From the NCBI RefSeq assembly GCF_018977255.1, contig NW_024704742.1, positions 248,001 through 312,000 of the forward strand: 64,000 nucleotides of DNA, read 5' to 3'. Of this stretch, positions 1 through 12,627 are shown in pieces. A model generated the notes under the pieces. The model searched no databases. It had not been told where the DNA came from and worked only from the letters and a program-made list of their open reading frames with translations. Position numbers and translations under genes: made by a program. Position 1 is the stretch's first letter. Each line of letters opens with the position of its first letter. The stretch is from Callorhinchus milii (lineage: Eukaryota).

Positions 1-365
1 AGGACCAGGATCTTGAACTGGATCCTCTGAAGGATAGGGAGCCAATGGAGTCGGGCGAGAGTGGGGGAGATGGGGTCACGGAGTTTGGTGCGGGAGAGGA
101 CACGGGCGGCAGAGTTCTGGATTATCTGCAGCTGTGGAGGGAGGAGTTGGGAAGGCCGACACGCAGGGCGTTTGCATAGTCGAGCCTGGAGGTGATGAAG
201 GCATGAACAAGAGTTTCAGTGGCCTGAGGGGTGAGGGAGTGGCGGAGTCGGGCGATGTTACGGAGCTGAGGGAAGGTAGAGCGGGTCATGGCTTGGATGT
301 GTGGGAGAAAAGTCAGTTGAGGGTCAAACAAGACACCGAGGTTCCTGACTGGCGGTGAGTTGTAG
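1..365 (-). mobile_element. L2 LINE ORF2 (RT C-terminal) fragment
   Basis: VRNLGVLFDPQLTFLPHI...LRNIARLR...LVHAFITSRLDYAN; a frameshift follows. Confidence 0.92.
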
Positions 366-3300
366 TGTGCAACCATGGAGGTTGATGCTGCCAGAGATTG
401 AGGTATCATCCAAATTTAATTGTCTCTTATTTCCCGATTTTGCTTTTATTCTTTTTCTCCATCTTCTAGAAAATGTACGACTGTTACAGTTGCTTCCTTG
501 CTTTGTCAAGAATAAAAAGCTGAATATCAATCTTATTGTAATTTTGCCAGATTTATTATTGGAAACAAAATTTTATTTGGTGGATTGGTGACCAGAACAC
601 CAGGAGAATAGCACCAAAGTATCTTTGTTGTCTACCTGAACAGGCAGACGTTAAACCTCCCACCCCTATCCTCCACCTTCTTGATTCCAACCTAATCTCT
701 CAATTCATCGTCTCGATCTATTTTACAGATTATTTTCATGATCTTTTAGACTTTTTTTTGTATGTATATTCTAATTCCCTTTAATTTTGCTTATTTTCTT
801 ACTCAAATTTTGTATCATAATTTCTAGACTATCAACAGCATCCTGCATTTATCCACTTTTACCATTAATAAACATACTGAAGCTTATGATTTTCAGTCCA
901 TTCGTGCAGACACTCTCTTGTACATCCTTGCTGGGTGAGGTTCACGTCGACCTATTTTATAGTCCTTAATTGTGTCAAAGTAATGGTTCTCAATATGCTT
1001 CTTTATTTGCCATCTGTTTATTTTATACTCAATTAGTGAAATCAAATAATGGCAGAGGACAGACATTGAGCAGGATATAGGAGCTAATCAAAACCCACTG
1101 AAGAAGTTAACAAACGTTTTCCTGTCACCACATCGATGTGGTAAACTGCAATGATGAAATTCCACACAAATACAAATCATGTTGTAAATGAGAATTTGCC
1201 GTGATTAACAGGAAGACACCAACATTTGTCATTCAGGAAACACTAAGAATTGTGAAAGGTTTAGCCCATTCTGTTGTTGATAAACAGCTGCGAAATCCCC
1301 TTAGGATTGATCCACAGACTCTTTGTAATATTTTAATATTATAAATTCAGCAATGATTCTATCAGCAAAATGACAAGTTTAAGGATTACTCCCAAAAGTG
1401 TGGAAAACCAAGAGCACAGGTGATGGATATTGTTCAAATAGATTTGCAAACAACAACAAATTGCATTTCCTGTATATAGTGCCTTTTATGTTATGTTGAA
1501 TAAACATTAACAGGACAAATGGTTGGTAAACTGACCTACTTGTAGAGAAACGTAAGGTCTTGCATATCAGTGCTAAAATATTATTAATTCAAGAACATAT
1601 TACCGTATTTCAAGAATAAGATTTTGTATGTGACTTGATCAAACATTATTGAGAAATATGAGACGCCTTGACAACGTGATGAGGTGCTATATCAAATACA
1701 AGGATTATTATTGTTGATTCATGGCAACAATTGGTAGAGCCAAAATAAATTCTTAATGTGTACAATATGTAGAGTTTATATTCAAGAAGGTTATGTTTAT
1801 TCTAAAGGAAAGATGAGAACACATAATGGACAATTGTCGCATTCTCATCATAATATATGAGGAGAATAACGGAGAGATACAAGGGATTGTACATGCCTTA
1901 AATCAATCTGCATTGATGAAAGGTTAAAGAAAGAAAATATATTCTAATCGGTAAAGTAAAACTAAAACGTGACAATGATCAGACTTTTAAAAATCGTGAA
2001 GGGAATTAGAGGGGTGGATTCAAAGAAGTTCTTTGTGCAGAGTCAGAACAGAACTAGTGCACATGATTTGTGAATAAAGGAAACTGAGCTAAACCTAACT
2101 TAAGGAATAACGTCTGCAAGTCATTGACTTAAAATAATTTTTGGTTAATCGTCAGGTATGTCAAAATCAAATTATATTTGAGTCACTTGAATACCAAAAA
2201 ATATTTAGTAAGAACACAAGGAGGCCATGTTATACAGACTCTATAGAGGATATACATGAAGTCCTACAAAACCCATCCGTCTAGATTCAAATCCAGCATC
2301 TCTAAATATTTTAAATTTTACTTTTTAGTAATAACGACATAAACCATGTTAAAACTCTTCCTTTGTAAGACTGCCGTATATATTCTCTTAGACAGTGCGC
2401 AGCAAAAGTTTATCATTTGACTCCCAGATTTTAGTTGGACAAATGATAAAGATGCAATAGCACTTTGTGGTATAATGGAAGCTGCACCATTCATTTAAAT
2501 AAGTTGTTATTACAGCCTCAAAAATCAGATGCTGCAGCATATTGCTTTTCAGATAATTTCTGCTTTAATGGCAGGCGCTGTCTGCCTAAAGAAAAGATGA
2601 TGGTAAGAAGTAGAATAATAAGTGGCCAATAACATTGCATATAACTTTATGCATAAAGTAAGTAACTATTAAGCAGATCAATCATTGATCAGCAAAGGCA
2701 ATTTCAAGTATTCATCAACACAGCATCTGTCATAAATAAATGAGCAGTAATATAGAAAGGGTTGAGATGACATTGATAAACTGTTGTCACTTTCCTCTGG
2801 TGGTTTATGGCTTCATTCCAATCCGTCATCAGTGCTTTGGGAACACTGCAGATTGTTTTCTGCTCTCTATGTATTTGCTGCATCTGGAGTCAGCAGAAAT
2901 GGGCTTTATAATTTCCTGTTAGGTTAAAGACACTTTTGTCCCATTTTATTAAATGCTTTGGGCTATTTCCGTCAGGAGTTCAATACTGCAGATATGGTTT
3001 CTCTTTGTATCAGAGAAAGCAAAGTACAATTGAAAGCCGCACACACGTCAGTCTCTGTCACGGGAGAAGAAGCAAAAACGTGAATTTGTTCATCTGATTC
3101 TCCCTTGGGGTCAGAGGAGTCGTGTCTACGTCATGTAGGTGGTAAAGCATTGAGTCATTAAACGGTAACCTTCTCTACTGCATCTTTATCTTTTGGTAAA
3201 GGACAATTTTGACTTTATTTGTGTTGCTGGTGGAGGAATCGTGAATTGTCATTAATCTGCCCAATGCAATTTTAATGTTAACTCTTGAACCTCTGTTTCC

Positions 3301-3659
3301 TTAGGCAATACTGCAAGTTTTTAAACACATGGACTGTGAAACATTAAAATACTTTGAATTGTATAGTAGTAGTTATCAAACATTAATAATACTTATTATT
3401 AGGATTATTAACTTTATTAAAATTATTAGGATTATATTAATCAATGAATATTAGAATACATATTCAAATGAACTTTGAAGCTTTAAACACTTTATCATGT
3501 TTGCCTGCTCATTCCTTTTTTCCTACTATTCCCTCTTCAAGCCTAATACTTGCAGATGCACCGAGAAAGCAGGCCGAGAGGACACAGGCTTAGGGTTGCA
3601 AAGGAAGATTTCGGGAGAGACACCAGGAAATCCTCACCAGCAGCAAATTCCACACACTC

Positions 3660-4030
3660 AACACCAAAATCCTCACTTGATTCCACGGGTTCCCTATCTC
3701 CGAATAAAGCGACTTCAAGATCCTCACCCTCACATACCGTTCCCTCACACCCAAACACCTCCCTGACCTGCTGTTACCCAACTCCTCTGTCCTTTGCTCA
3801 GCTAACGCAGCTCGGCACGCCACTATCAGTGACTGTTGATTCAACCACTACACTACTAATCTCAGAAACTTCCTGCTCAGTCCCTCCGCTTCATCCCTCT
3901 TTATCTATCTTTAAATACTGTCTGAAGCCCTACCTCTTTGACTGCTCCAAGGCTGCCTCCCCGTCCTACCTGGTTCAGCATCCAACCCCACCACTGTACA
4001 GCACTCCAAGCTCTCCCATGTGAAGACCCT
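3660..4030 (+). mobile_element. Old L2 3' fragment
   Basis: Degenerate LHWLP, LRS and FKYCLKPYLF motifs. Confidence 0.6.
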
Positions 4031-4066
4031 CCATGTTTGTTTTGCAAACCCGGTGTAGCACAGGAT

Positions 4067-4366
4067 GGAGCCCCATAGTGCAGTGGTTAGAGCACTCACT
4101 TCATAAACGAGAGGACCTGGGTTCGATTCTCAGGCGGAGAGAAACTATAGGCAAGTTTCCTTACTCCACACACCTTTGTTTGCCTAGCGGTATGAGGAAC
4201 CCAGTTTTTAGTCGATTGATGGGGGTAATAATCCCTTTTTATAAAAAATTGGTAAATTTTGGTAAATAAACTGTTTGTGGGACACTGCTTTGCCCAATTG
4301 GCTGTTGCGTTTTGTCCACAAAATACAGTCAATTAATTTTACAATATATTTTGTGAAGCGATTTGA
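4067..4366 (+). mobile_element. Older, longer member of the tRNA-SINE family
   Basis: tRNA head GGAGCCCCATAGTGCAGTGGTTAGAGC...GGTTCGATTC, longer CORE-like body; tail interrupted by an L2 fragment. Confidence 0.85.
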
Positions 4367-4541
4367 CCCATCTCAAGGCCCTCCTCTTCAACTGTGCTTT
4401 CGATCACCCTCCTTCCTCACTGCCCTCCACCCTTCCCAATCCCGACCTCCAGCTCGGGTCCGAAACACTGACTGTCCAGCACCTTGGGACATTCTCCTGA
4501 TGTGAAACGCGCTATATACAAATGTAATTTTGTTGTTGTTG
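4367..4541 (+). mobile_element. L2 3' end nested in a SINE tail
   Basis: CCCATCTCAAGGCCCTCCTCTTC...CAGCTCGGGTCCGAAACACTG...TTGTTGTTG. Confidence 0.88.
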
Positions 4542-4764
4542 TCTCAATGATGAGATAATGGATCTCGAATGCAACAGGACAATTTACGAGGAACAGGTTA
4601 CCGGGAAGGATGGTTGAGGCCAGGACACTGGACTCATTTAAAAACAGCTTAATGCTGTAATGGAAGATGGTTTTATGGGTATTCGGGAAAGATGAGATTA
4701 AATGGGCTGAAGTAAAATTAAACTCAAAACATGACAGAAGGGAGAATAGATCACCTCTCTTGTG

Positions 4765-4872
4765 ATCAGTTCTGATGAAGGGTCGTGGACCCAAAACGTT
4801 GACTCACTTTCCTTTCTCCATAGATGGTGCCTGACCTGTTGAATGTTCCCAGCGACTTCTGTTTCTATTTTG
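4765..4872 (+). mobile_element. Penelope-like terminal repeat fragment with degenerate hammerhead core
   Basis: CTGATGAAGGGTCGTGGACCCAAAACGTTGACT...CTCCATAGATGGTGCCTGACCTGTTGAATGTTCCCAGCGACTTCTGTTT resembles the recalled shark Penelope-type terminal repeat. Confidence 0.6.
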
Positions 4873-7443
4873 CTCTTATAGTAATAATAATAATAATAAT
4901 ATGGTAGACATGCTTATACTGTAGATGGGAAAAAGCTAATCTCTGTTAAAGTTAATCTCTGTTATACTGTACAAAATAGGGAGATACCATATACGACATA
5001 CCCATCATATTTGAAATACTACTACTAATTCTTGCACTTGATATAGCGTCTTATCACGTCATTGAGGCATCGCAAAGCAAGTTACAGAATAAATTGTAAA
5101 GTGGATTGACTGTGTATTTTATGGGTGGAATGTCGCATCTCAGATCGTAGCTGTAGATGATGTTTATTCTGCACACTGTTCTATGCTGGTACTTTGTACT
5201 GGAAGTACTGACTTCTTTCAATCCGCTTTAATATTGCATTTGGAATTTAAAAATGAGGCTCCTCAGGGTCTCATTAACTGCACCAGACACACAATGTGAA
5301 GAGTTCAAGATATAAAGGACATGATTTTCTCCAGGGCTGGTGGCTGCAAATTTATTCTGTAAACTGGCAGAAGGTAACACTTTCCCTTTGCCCACGTAAT
5401 TGCAATATTTAAATATGCATTTTCAAAAGCGATGTATCTGCAGAAGTCATTTTTCTCAGCTGCTAATGTACAGTGGGTTCGTTAGATCTAAAGCAGTTAG
5501 TCAGAGGCAGACTCTGGGTAAAGAATTAAAGGGTGCAATCAACATATCATAACTTAAAATTTTCCTTCTAAATTCTAGGATGAAAATGTAGCCTCTGGTT
5601 GCAGCACTGTCCAGCAGAGTATGTACGTACAGCAGTCTTGCAAATAATTAGTTTTAACCTGGTATATGTTGTTAAGAGAAAATAAAGTTGAAAGTATTTG
5701 CAGATGCTGGATTTCAGGGCTTTATGTACAACTCTGATATAATACCAACAGGAAGCTGCATCAAAACCCCTACATTCAATGGGGAAAATTAAAACAACAA
5801 CATCTTGCATTTATATAGCACCCTTCACGCCGAATGGCGTCTCGGAGCTCTAGTAGCAGCGATGTCTGCTGACAGGCAAAAAAAATTGGTGATTGTGAGA
5901 TTGTGCGACTGATACTGTTTGCAAAGAGACCATTTTTGTATTGTGAGAGATGAAGACAGAAAATGCAGGTCTGTTGCACCTTTTAGCACTAAAATATGTT
6001 TGTTGAAGCGTGATCTTAATTACGTTTTAAATGTTTTTTTGGTCAGCTGTGTGTCTGAGTTTCTGACACCTGCAGACACCCATCACCGTGCTTAAGAGTA
6101 TCCAAACCAAATGAGAGTTCCATGCATCCCACCTACACATGGAACGCATTCTCTTCCTGGAGGGACCGATCCGATTTACCTAATTCCACACAGCTGGCCC
6201 GAGCCAAGGCCTGTGGGTCCCAGAAACTACTTTAAAAATGACCTCTACTTTTATTATTACTGAGCAGTTCACCTGCAGAGCCCTGCAAATACCATACTGA
6301 TGCTGTGCGAAACTCTTAGGGACAAACATTTATTTTACTGTTCGTGTGAAATAAACAATTTTATTAACATAACCAAAAAGTTGGAACACTTGCAGCAATG
6401 AGTTGTATACACTTGCGATTCAGGTAAGAAACCTGACAAACTCAGTGAGTGGTATAAAAATGGAAAAAGATGACAAATTTAATAATCCTTGCTTATGATA
6501 TGGTGCCTTCTGCCTTCGAGGCATCTCAAAGTGTTTCACAGGATTTACTATAAAGTGTAGTAACTGTGTATTTTGAAATGTTTACTCCTTATCTAACAAA
6601 ATCTGAATAAGCTCCTGACAGTTACTACACATGAGAAAACACTTTTAAAAAAATCTATAGTTCAAGAGAGAACCGCTTATTAACAGCTTACAAAGCAGCT
6701 GCTGGATGTCCTATTTGCTCACTTCGGTTTTCCAAGCATTCACTGAACACATGGACATCCCGCAGTTGACCACACATTACTTCTCAGTGGTTGGATTATG
6801 CAACGAGTCACCATTATATCTGTCCACCTTTGGGACCGAAATTCAAACCCAAGTTCAAAATAATGGATTTGACTGTAATTAATTTTGGGCAATTCTGCAG
6901 ATTCTGAGCTCACAGTACAAAATCAAAGTCCAATATTCTATTAACAGTCGCAGCTGAAAAAGTCACAAAGATAGCTGGGATTTAAATGGATATTTTGTAT
7001 TGGTAAAATAGACATGTTCTTCTACGGTTGTGATCAGAACAAGTACATCATTGTGACAGTGAGAGAAAATTTATCCCGCTTCTAACCAGTTTATATCTAA
7101 GGAGGGGGATAGTTGATCAAGTCCGATATGGAAAACCATAAAGGAGAATTGAGTAAATAATCTATAGACCTGTATACATCAAAATCAGATATCACTTTCA
7201 GTCTAAATAATAGTGGTATTTGTTGAGTAGTAATCTCTGCTCTGATACCAAAAATGCAAGGATTAAAAACATGACTGTTAAATAGCTGAAATGGCTGAAC
7301 GTTGCCACATTTGTATTCAGAAGTTTTTCCAACAATACATTCTAATTTTGTATAAAATACTACAAAGTAAACCTTAGGATGTCCAAAATTATGGAAATTC
7401 TAAAGACGAGATATTTCTAATTGCGCTGTAACTGTATATCAAG

Positions 7444-7590
7444 TTTATTAAATAGTTGACTATTATGTACTAGAGATCCTAACTGCTCAATACATCGACT
7501 CTCAAATTTTATTGTTCACCTTATAAACATTATTGCCTTAAATTGTGCTGTTTCATATTTTTCAAACATTAAAGGTACAAGGATTTTATT
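7444..7590 (-). terminator. Candidate TRPC3 polyadenylation signals
   Basis: Minus-strand AATAAA at 7585-7590 (overlapping the stop codon), 7508-7513 and 7444-7449. The sequence is AT-rich, so the signal actually used cannot be identified. Confidence 0.35.
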
Positions 7591-7743
7591 AAGTCACTGT
7601 TGTCTTTGTTTTTGTCAGACAGGTATTAAGTTTTTCACCAAGCTTTTGAATGAGGAAAGCCAGCTCCTCTGTTGCTTGAGACTTGTCCTCCAGAAGCTCA
7701 TATCGAAGACTCGAGATATCCTGTTTGATTTCTTTCAATTCAC
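7589..7743 (-). CDS. TRPC3: TRPC3 exon 12 coding part ([28 protein letters not shown]...TTVT*)
   Basis: tttccag|GT; TAA at 7591-7589; C-terminal coiled coil. Confidence 0.96.
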
Positions 7744-8439
7744 CTGGAAATAATATTTGAACATTACTAAGATACTTGGAGATTACAAACGAGTGCATAT
7801 ACAAACACATTCTATTTCTGTACTTACTTAAAGGTGAGGTAATGTCTTGCAGGAGTACTTTTTATCAAACATAGTGCCATTAAAAGTAAAGGCAAAAAAC
7901 AGCTTCATGACTCAGTTCCTAGGAATCCTCGTTACAGGAACTCACCCCTTGAGTTAGGCATCTCTGATTCCTTACATTATGAGGAAGAACTAGAGGGTCT
8001 CCAATTGATTTTGATAGAGGTGGGAGGATTGAACTGCCCTAAAAGCAAATCAGGAGCTTCCCGACCAGGAAAGGTCAGTGGGCGTGAGGGAGAATTAAAA
8101 GGGAAACCAAAGCATAAGAAATAGAGGATTTTGTTTATTTTGATAAGTGCCACACCACACAGTGAATTTACCCACTGAGCCCCTGGGGGAAGCCCATGAC
8201 CTTCTCTGCTCTATACCAAATCTGGCTACTTTTGTGCAGTCTTCCAAGGTGCTAGTTCAGTCCGCTGAGGATGCCAAAACCATTGTTATTCAAACGCCGT
8301 TTGTACAAGACAGTACAGATTTACATTGGTATATATAGCAGCAGATTTTACTGGGAAATAACATGTCGCATTTACAAGAAAATAGCTCATGCGGCATTTG
8401 TTATAATCAATAATCTACTGGCCTGCTGTTGTTCCTTAC

Positions 8440-8515
8440 CCTCATTAACTTCATCATTTTCTTTATCAACTTGTGCTTTCAAGACATAACGTTTGATCAA
8501 TCGTTTCATTATTTG
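8440..8515 (-). CDS. TRPC3: TRPC3 exon 11 ([25 protein letters not shown])
   Basis: ttgtcacag|CAA ... GAGG|GTAAGG; 76 nt. Confidence 0.96.
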
Positions 8516-9134
8516 CTGTGACAAGAAAAAGGTGAAATGAGATTATCAAAAAAACCTGCCCAAAAATGTCAAAGTAAAGTTACTTTGTAAAAAGTTACTT
8601 TGTAAAATTCCCCTATGTGTATTGGCCATTTGACTAGAATAATTAATCAATAACAAATAATAATCGGGGAGGCGTTGCAGTGAATAATGCTATACAGAAC
8701 CGACATGGACCTTCTAAAAAGAAACACATTTTCCTGCATATGATGGAATAATATCTTAGGCTGCTGCTCGGGATTTAGGGGATGTCTCTGGGGTCAAATT
8801 ATTTTACGGACATATAAGTGCAAAACAAAAATATTTGTTTGTATTTGTGAACCGCACAGGTTAGACCCCACATGTGCATCGATTGCATGTAATTTCAATG
8901 AATGATAACAAATATATAGATATTTTTTAAAAAAACTTAAATGTAAAAAGCGTCTAATTATACTGAACAACGACATGACAGGAGCTGCAGAAGGGCACCA
9001 ACCATACACAGGAAGCTGCTCATTCATACAGTCTGACCTTGAGGAGGCAAAATGCATTTCTAGCTATTATGGGCAGATGATACTCTAACAATCTGGTTGA
9101 AATGTTGCTTTACTTCTTATGTGATATTAAAATG

Positions 9135-9480
9135 ACAACAGCTGGAAATGCTATACAAAATTATGAAGTTTTTTGACAGAGTGAATAGGGAATAGCTATT
9201 TTCACTGGTAGAGCAAACAGTGACTAGAGGACGCAGATTTAAGATAGCCACAAGAGTGAAAAGCGATCTAAGGAGATTTTGTTCACACAGAGTTGTCGAG
9301 ATTTGGAATGCGTTGCCAAGGAAGATGGGAAAGGCAGAGTCCATTAACGGTTTCAAAAGTACAGATATAATGAAGATTTGAGGCTTGAAGCTATAGGGAT
9401 AGGGAGAGGCGGTGGGATTGAAAGTACCATTTGCTCTGAGAACCAGGGCTGACCTCCTTCTGCACTGTCAATTTATGTGA
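9135..9480 (+). mobile_element. CR1 LINE 3' fragment
   Basis: YKIMKFFDRVNRE.LFSLVEQTVTRGRRFK...RVVEIWNALP. Confidence 0.85.
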
Positions 9481-9670
9481 TTATAATTATGAAGAACTAA
9501 TCTTACATGTGAATTCTTTAAGTCTGTACCTGAAAGTGTATGCACTGATGTTCTGAGTGAATGTATCACTAAAGAATGAATACCAGCAGATATGAATCCA
9601 TTAAATCTGACACAATGATGAGAAAAAGAAATGCAGAAAAGAGAAAGAAAAGTCGAGTTTGGACTAAATA

Positions 9671-9772
9671 ACTTTCAATCCCACGACTCTGCTCTATCCC
9701 TATACCCCTTCAAGCCTTTAATCTTCATTATAACCTGTCTTCTTCCCTCTTGAAACCCACAATGGACTCTGG
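9671..9772 (-). mobile_element. CR1 3' fragment, inverted relative to the 9.1-9.5 kb copy
   Basis: Reverse complement aligns to 9335-9425. Confidence 0.8.
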
Positions 9773-11324
9773 CTTAATAAATATTGAGTATGGCTGTGAG
9801 TTGTTTTGTCTCAGAGAACCCTGTATGTGAACGATAGAAGAGAAAGAAGAGAGAAGTACCTAATATCTAAATTCACAACTCCATATTTTATTTTATTTCT
9901 TTGTATTCTTTATTTTTGCTCCAATGTTTCACGCGACCACATTTTTTTTCACCTTTCCCATATTTGTTCCTTTAAATTCTCATTAGCTTTCCAATACTTA
10001 AGCACTAGACACCAAGGGTCACCGAACGTAAGCCTAGTCATAATCTCATACGCAAAAATACGCACCAAACTACATTTCTGTTTCACGTCTTTGGGATTGT
10101 ACAAAAAACAAGTTATCAAGGGGTTATTTTTGATAGTCTCTACACGCATCTGTCTGGGAAGGAACCGCAGGCTTTAATGATGGAATGGACATGAGAACCA
10201 GTCTCTTTCTTCTGTACAATCTTACTTCCATTCGATTCTCAATCTTGCTTAACAATAAATGCAATTCTCCAAGAGGGTTTGAACATAAAAGAATGTTTAT
10301 CTTTCCAGAATTTCAGCCAGGCTGGAAATTGTGCCCAGCAATCACCTGCCAGATATAGCGCTTCTTTTGTTGGCCTGACTTCCAATCTGGCCTTTTGTAC
10401 ACTAAATAAAACAAGTCTGAAAGTGTGCAGCAAATTTGGTTACATTCTAGTCCTTTATTGCCTAACAGCAAAAATATTTTTTCTGGGCATGCAGAAACTT
10501 ATTATAATCAAATGTATTTAATCTAATAATAGGCTGAGGCAATTTGAGTTCTTTTTGCTTTACCAAAATGCTTGTTGCGAAATGTATAACAGTGAGTGCA
10601 TTACTAGACATAAGTCCTTATGATGCACTCACTGTTATTCATTTCCCAACAAACATTTGTGATGTACTTTCATTGATTCTCTGTAGGAATCCTAGAAAAC
10701 GTTTTGCACAGACAATTTGCAACATCCAGATTGCTTTGAAGATGTCCAGTGTCCTGGCTCAACCACTGTTCCTGTTCCAGTTGTTAATTACTCCACGGGT
10801 AAATAAAAAAGTCCTGTTTTCTGTCCTGAAATTGCCTTTTCCAACTCTAACCGGTGTCCTTTTGTTCTATTCTCTCGGTGCATCTACTCTGGGTAGATGT
10901 CTTACTCTGAGTTTACTTTTTCAATTCAATTTAAAATTGTGTACACCTCTACAACGTCTCCCCTAAGATGTCTTCTCTCATTACATAAGAGCCCTTAGCT
11001 TGTCTAATTGTTGCAACTGCATCCAATCCCTTGTAGAGAAGGGAAGTGGTTTGAAGCTTTGTGATAATGAGTCATCCACATATTCTGAAGGGATTTAACC
11101 AATTTAACTGAATGCTCATTCCCAAGTAAAAACTTTTTTACAATGAGTTCCTAGCAAGGGCAACTAAAGGATAGAAGAAACATTAAAAACAGGTATAGAT
11201 GTAACATGTTACTATTTTTAACATTTTCAGATCATTAATTTAGTCATGTCATTCAGTAATAATGTATAACAATTGTTCAATACATTTCAGAAGTACATAG
11301 AAAGGACAGACATGGTTCACATAC

Positions 11325-11408
11325 CTGGTACCTTGTTGGTTGGTTTATAATGCTGTTAAAACTTTGGGTTTCCGAAATCCTTAGGTTAGACTGAGTAAAA
11401 AGATTCAG
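11325..11408 (-). CDS. TRPC3: TRPC3 exon 10 (LNLFTQSNLRISETQSFNSIINQPTRYQ; CIRB region)
   Basis: ttcccaccag|CTG ... CAG|GTATGT; 84 nt, phase 0-0; too short for the ORF track. Confidence 0.93.
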
Positions 11409-12360
11409 CTGGTGGGAATGGAAATACATAACTTAACATTTGTAGAACAACTATATGAATAATCCAAACAATTAAATTAATGGAGAGTTAAACAGAATAA
11501 ACTACATATACAATAAACCCCCAGTTTACTGGGTGTCCAGAATTCAGACCTAGCTGACCTTGGCCGGAAACAGAAATTAAAAAACATTTTCTGTAGGGAC
11601 CATTGGCATGTAGACCCCTGACGCCCACTCTCCTCTCACGCCCTCCCGCCTCATTGTGCTCGCTGCCCTTCTGTGGTCAGGGATATTGTCTTTGACTGAG
11701 TCTTTGACTCAGTTTGAATGCCTAGAGCAGGAAAGAGTTTATTCGCCACCTTCTGTGCTTGAGGGATTCAACCAACTACAGTGTATTGCCGTTTTCTGGC
11801 ATTTCTCAGCCATTGATTAAAGCCGATGCTGAAAACAGCCGTAAATGCCAGTCCCTGCAATATAATTACACTAAGCTGGAAACTGTGACTCACTGGACCT
11901 GATCTCCCCCCCCATTAACCCAGTCAGCCGGGGCTTAGTGCAATCCCTCTCTCTCTACCCATAACATTTAATTGCATGTTGCCAAATAGCTTCTTAATGT
12001 GATTATGCTGCCACAATCCGTCTCCATAGATAATTTTACTTCCACATATTCACCGCTCAACTGCTGTTAACCCTGCAACCCAAGGCCCTCACCGAGACAG
12101 GATGGTTCTAGCCAGACAAGCCAAGGAGAGTATTAGACACAGGTTGGCCAGAGCTTACAATGGCAAGCTAGGTGGTTTTAGTTGGTTAAACTCCAACAGT
12201 ACCCCAAACGCACAATCTGGGGTCTCGAGACATGGAAATTTCCACGTGTAGGTGACATACATGAAACTCACAGTCTGGTATGAATAGTCTTAAGCATGGT
12301 AATGCGTTTCCACATATGTCAGATACTCAACTGACCAAAAGCAAATTGTAAATCGCTTTA

Positions 12361-12627
<267 letters not shown>

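Noticed and set aside
3305..3350. Possible plus-strand exon QYCKFLNTWTVKH* resembling the IL-2 C-terminus
   Set aside because: Only a 4-5 residue resemblance, no supporting exons, and the wrong expected position.
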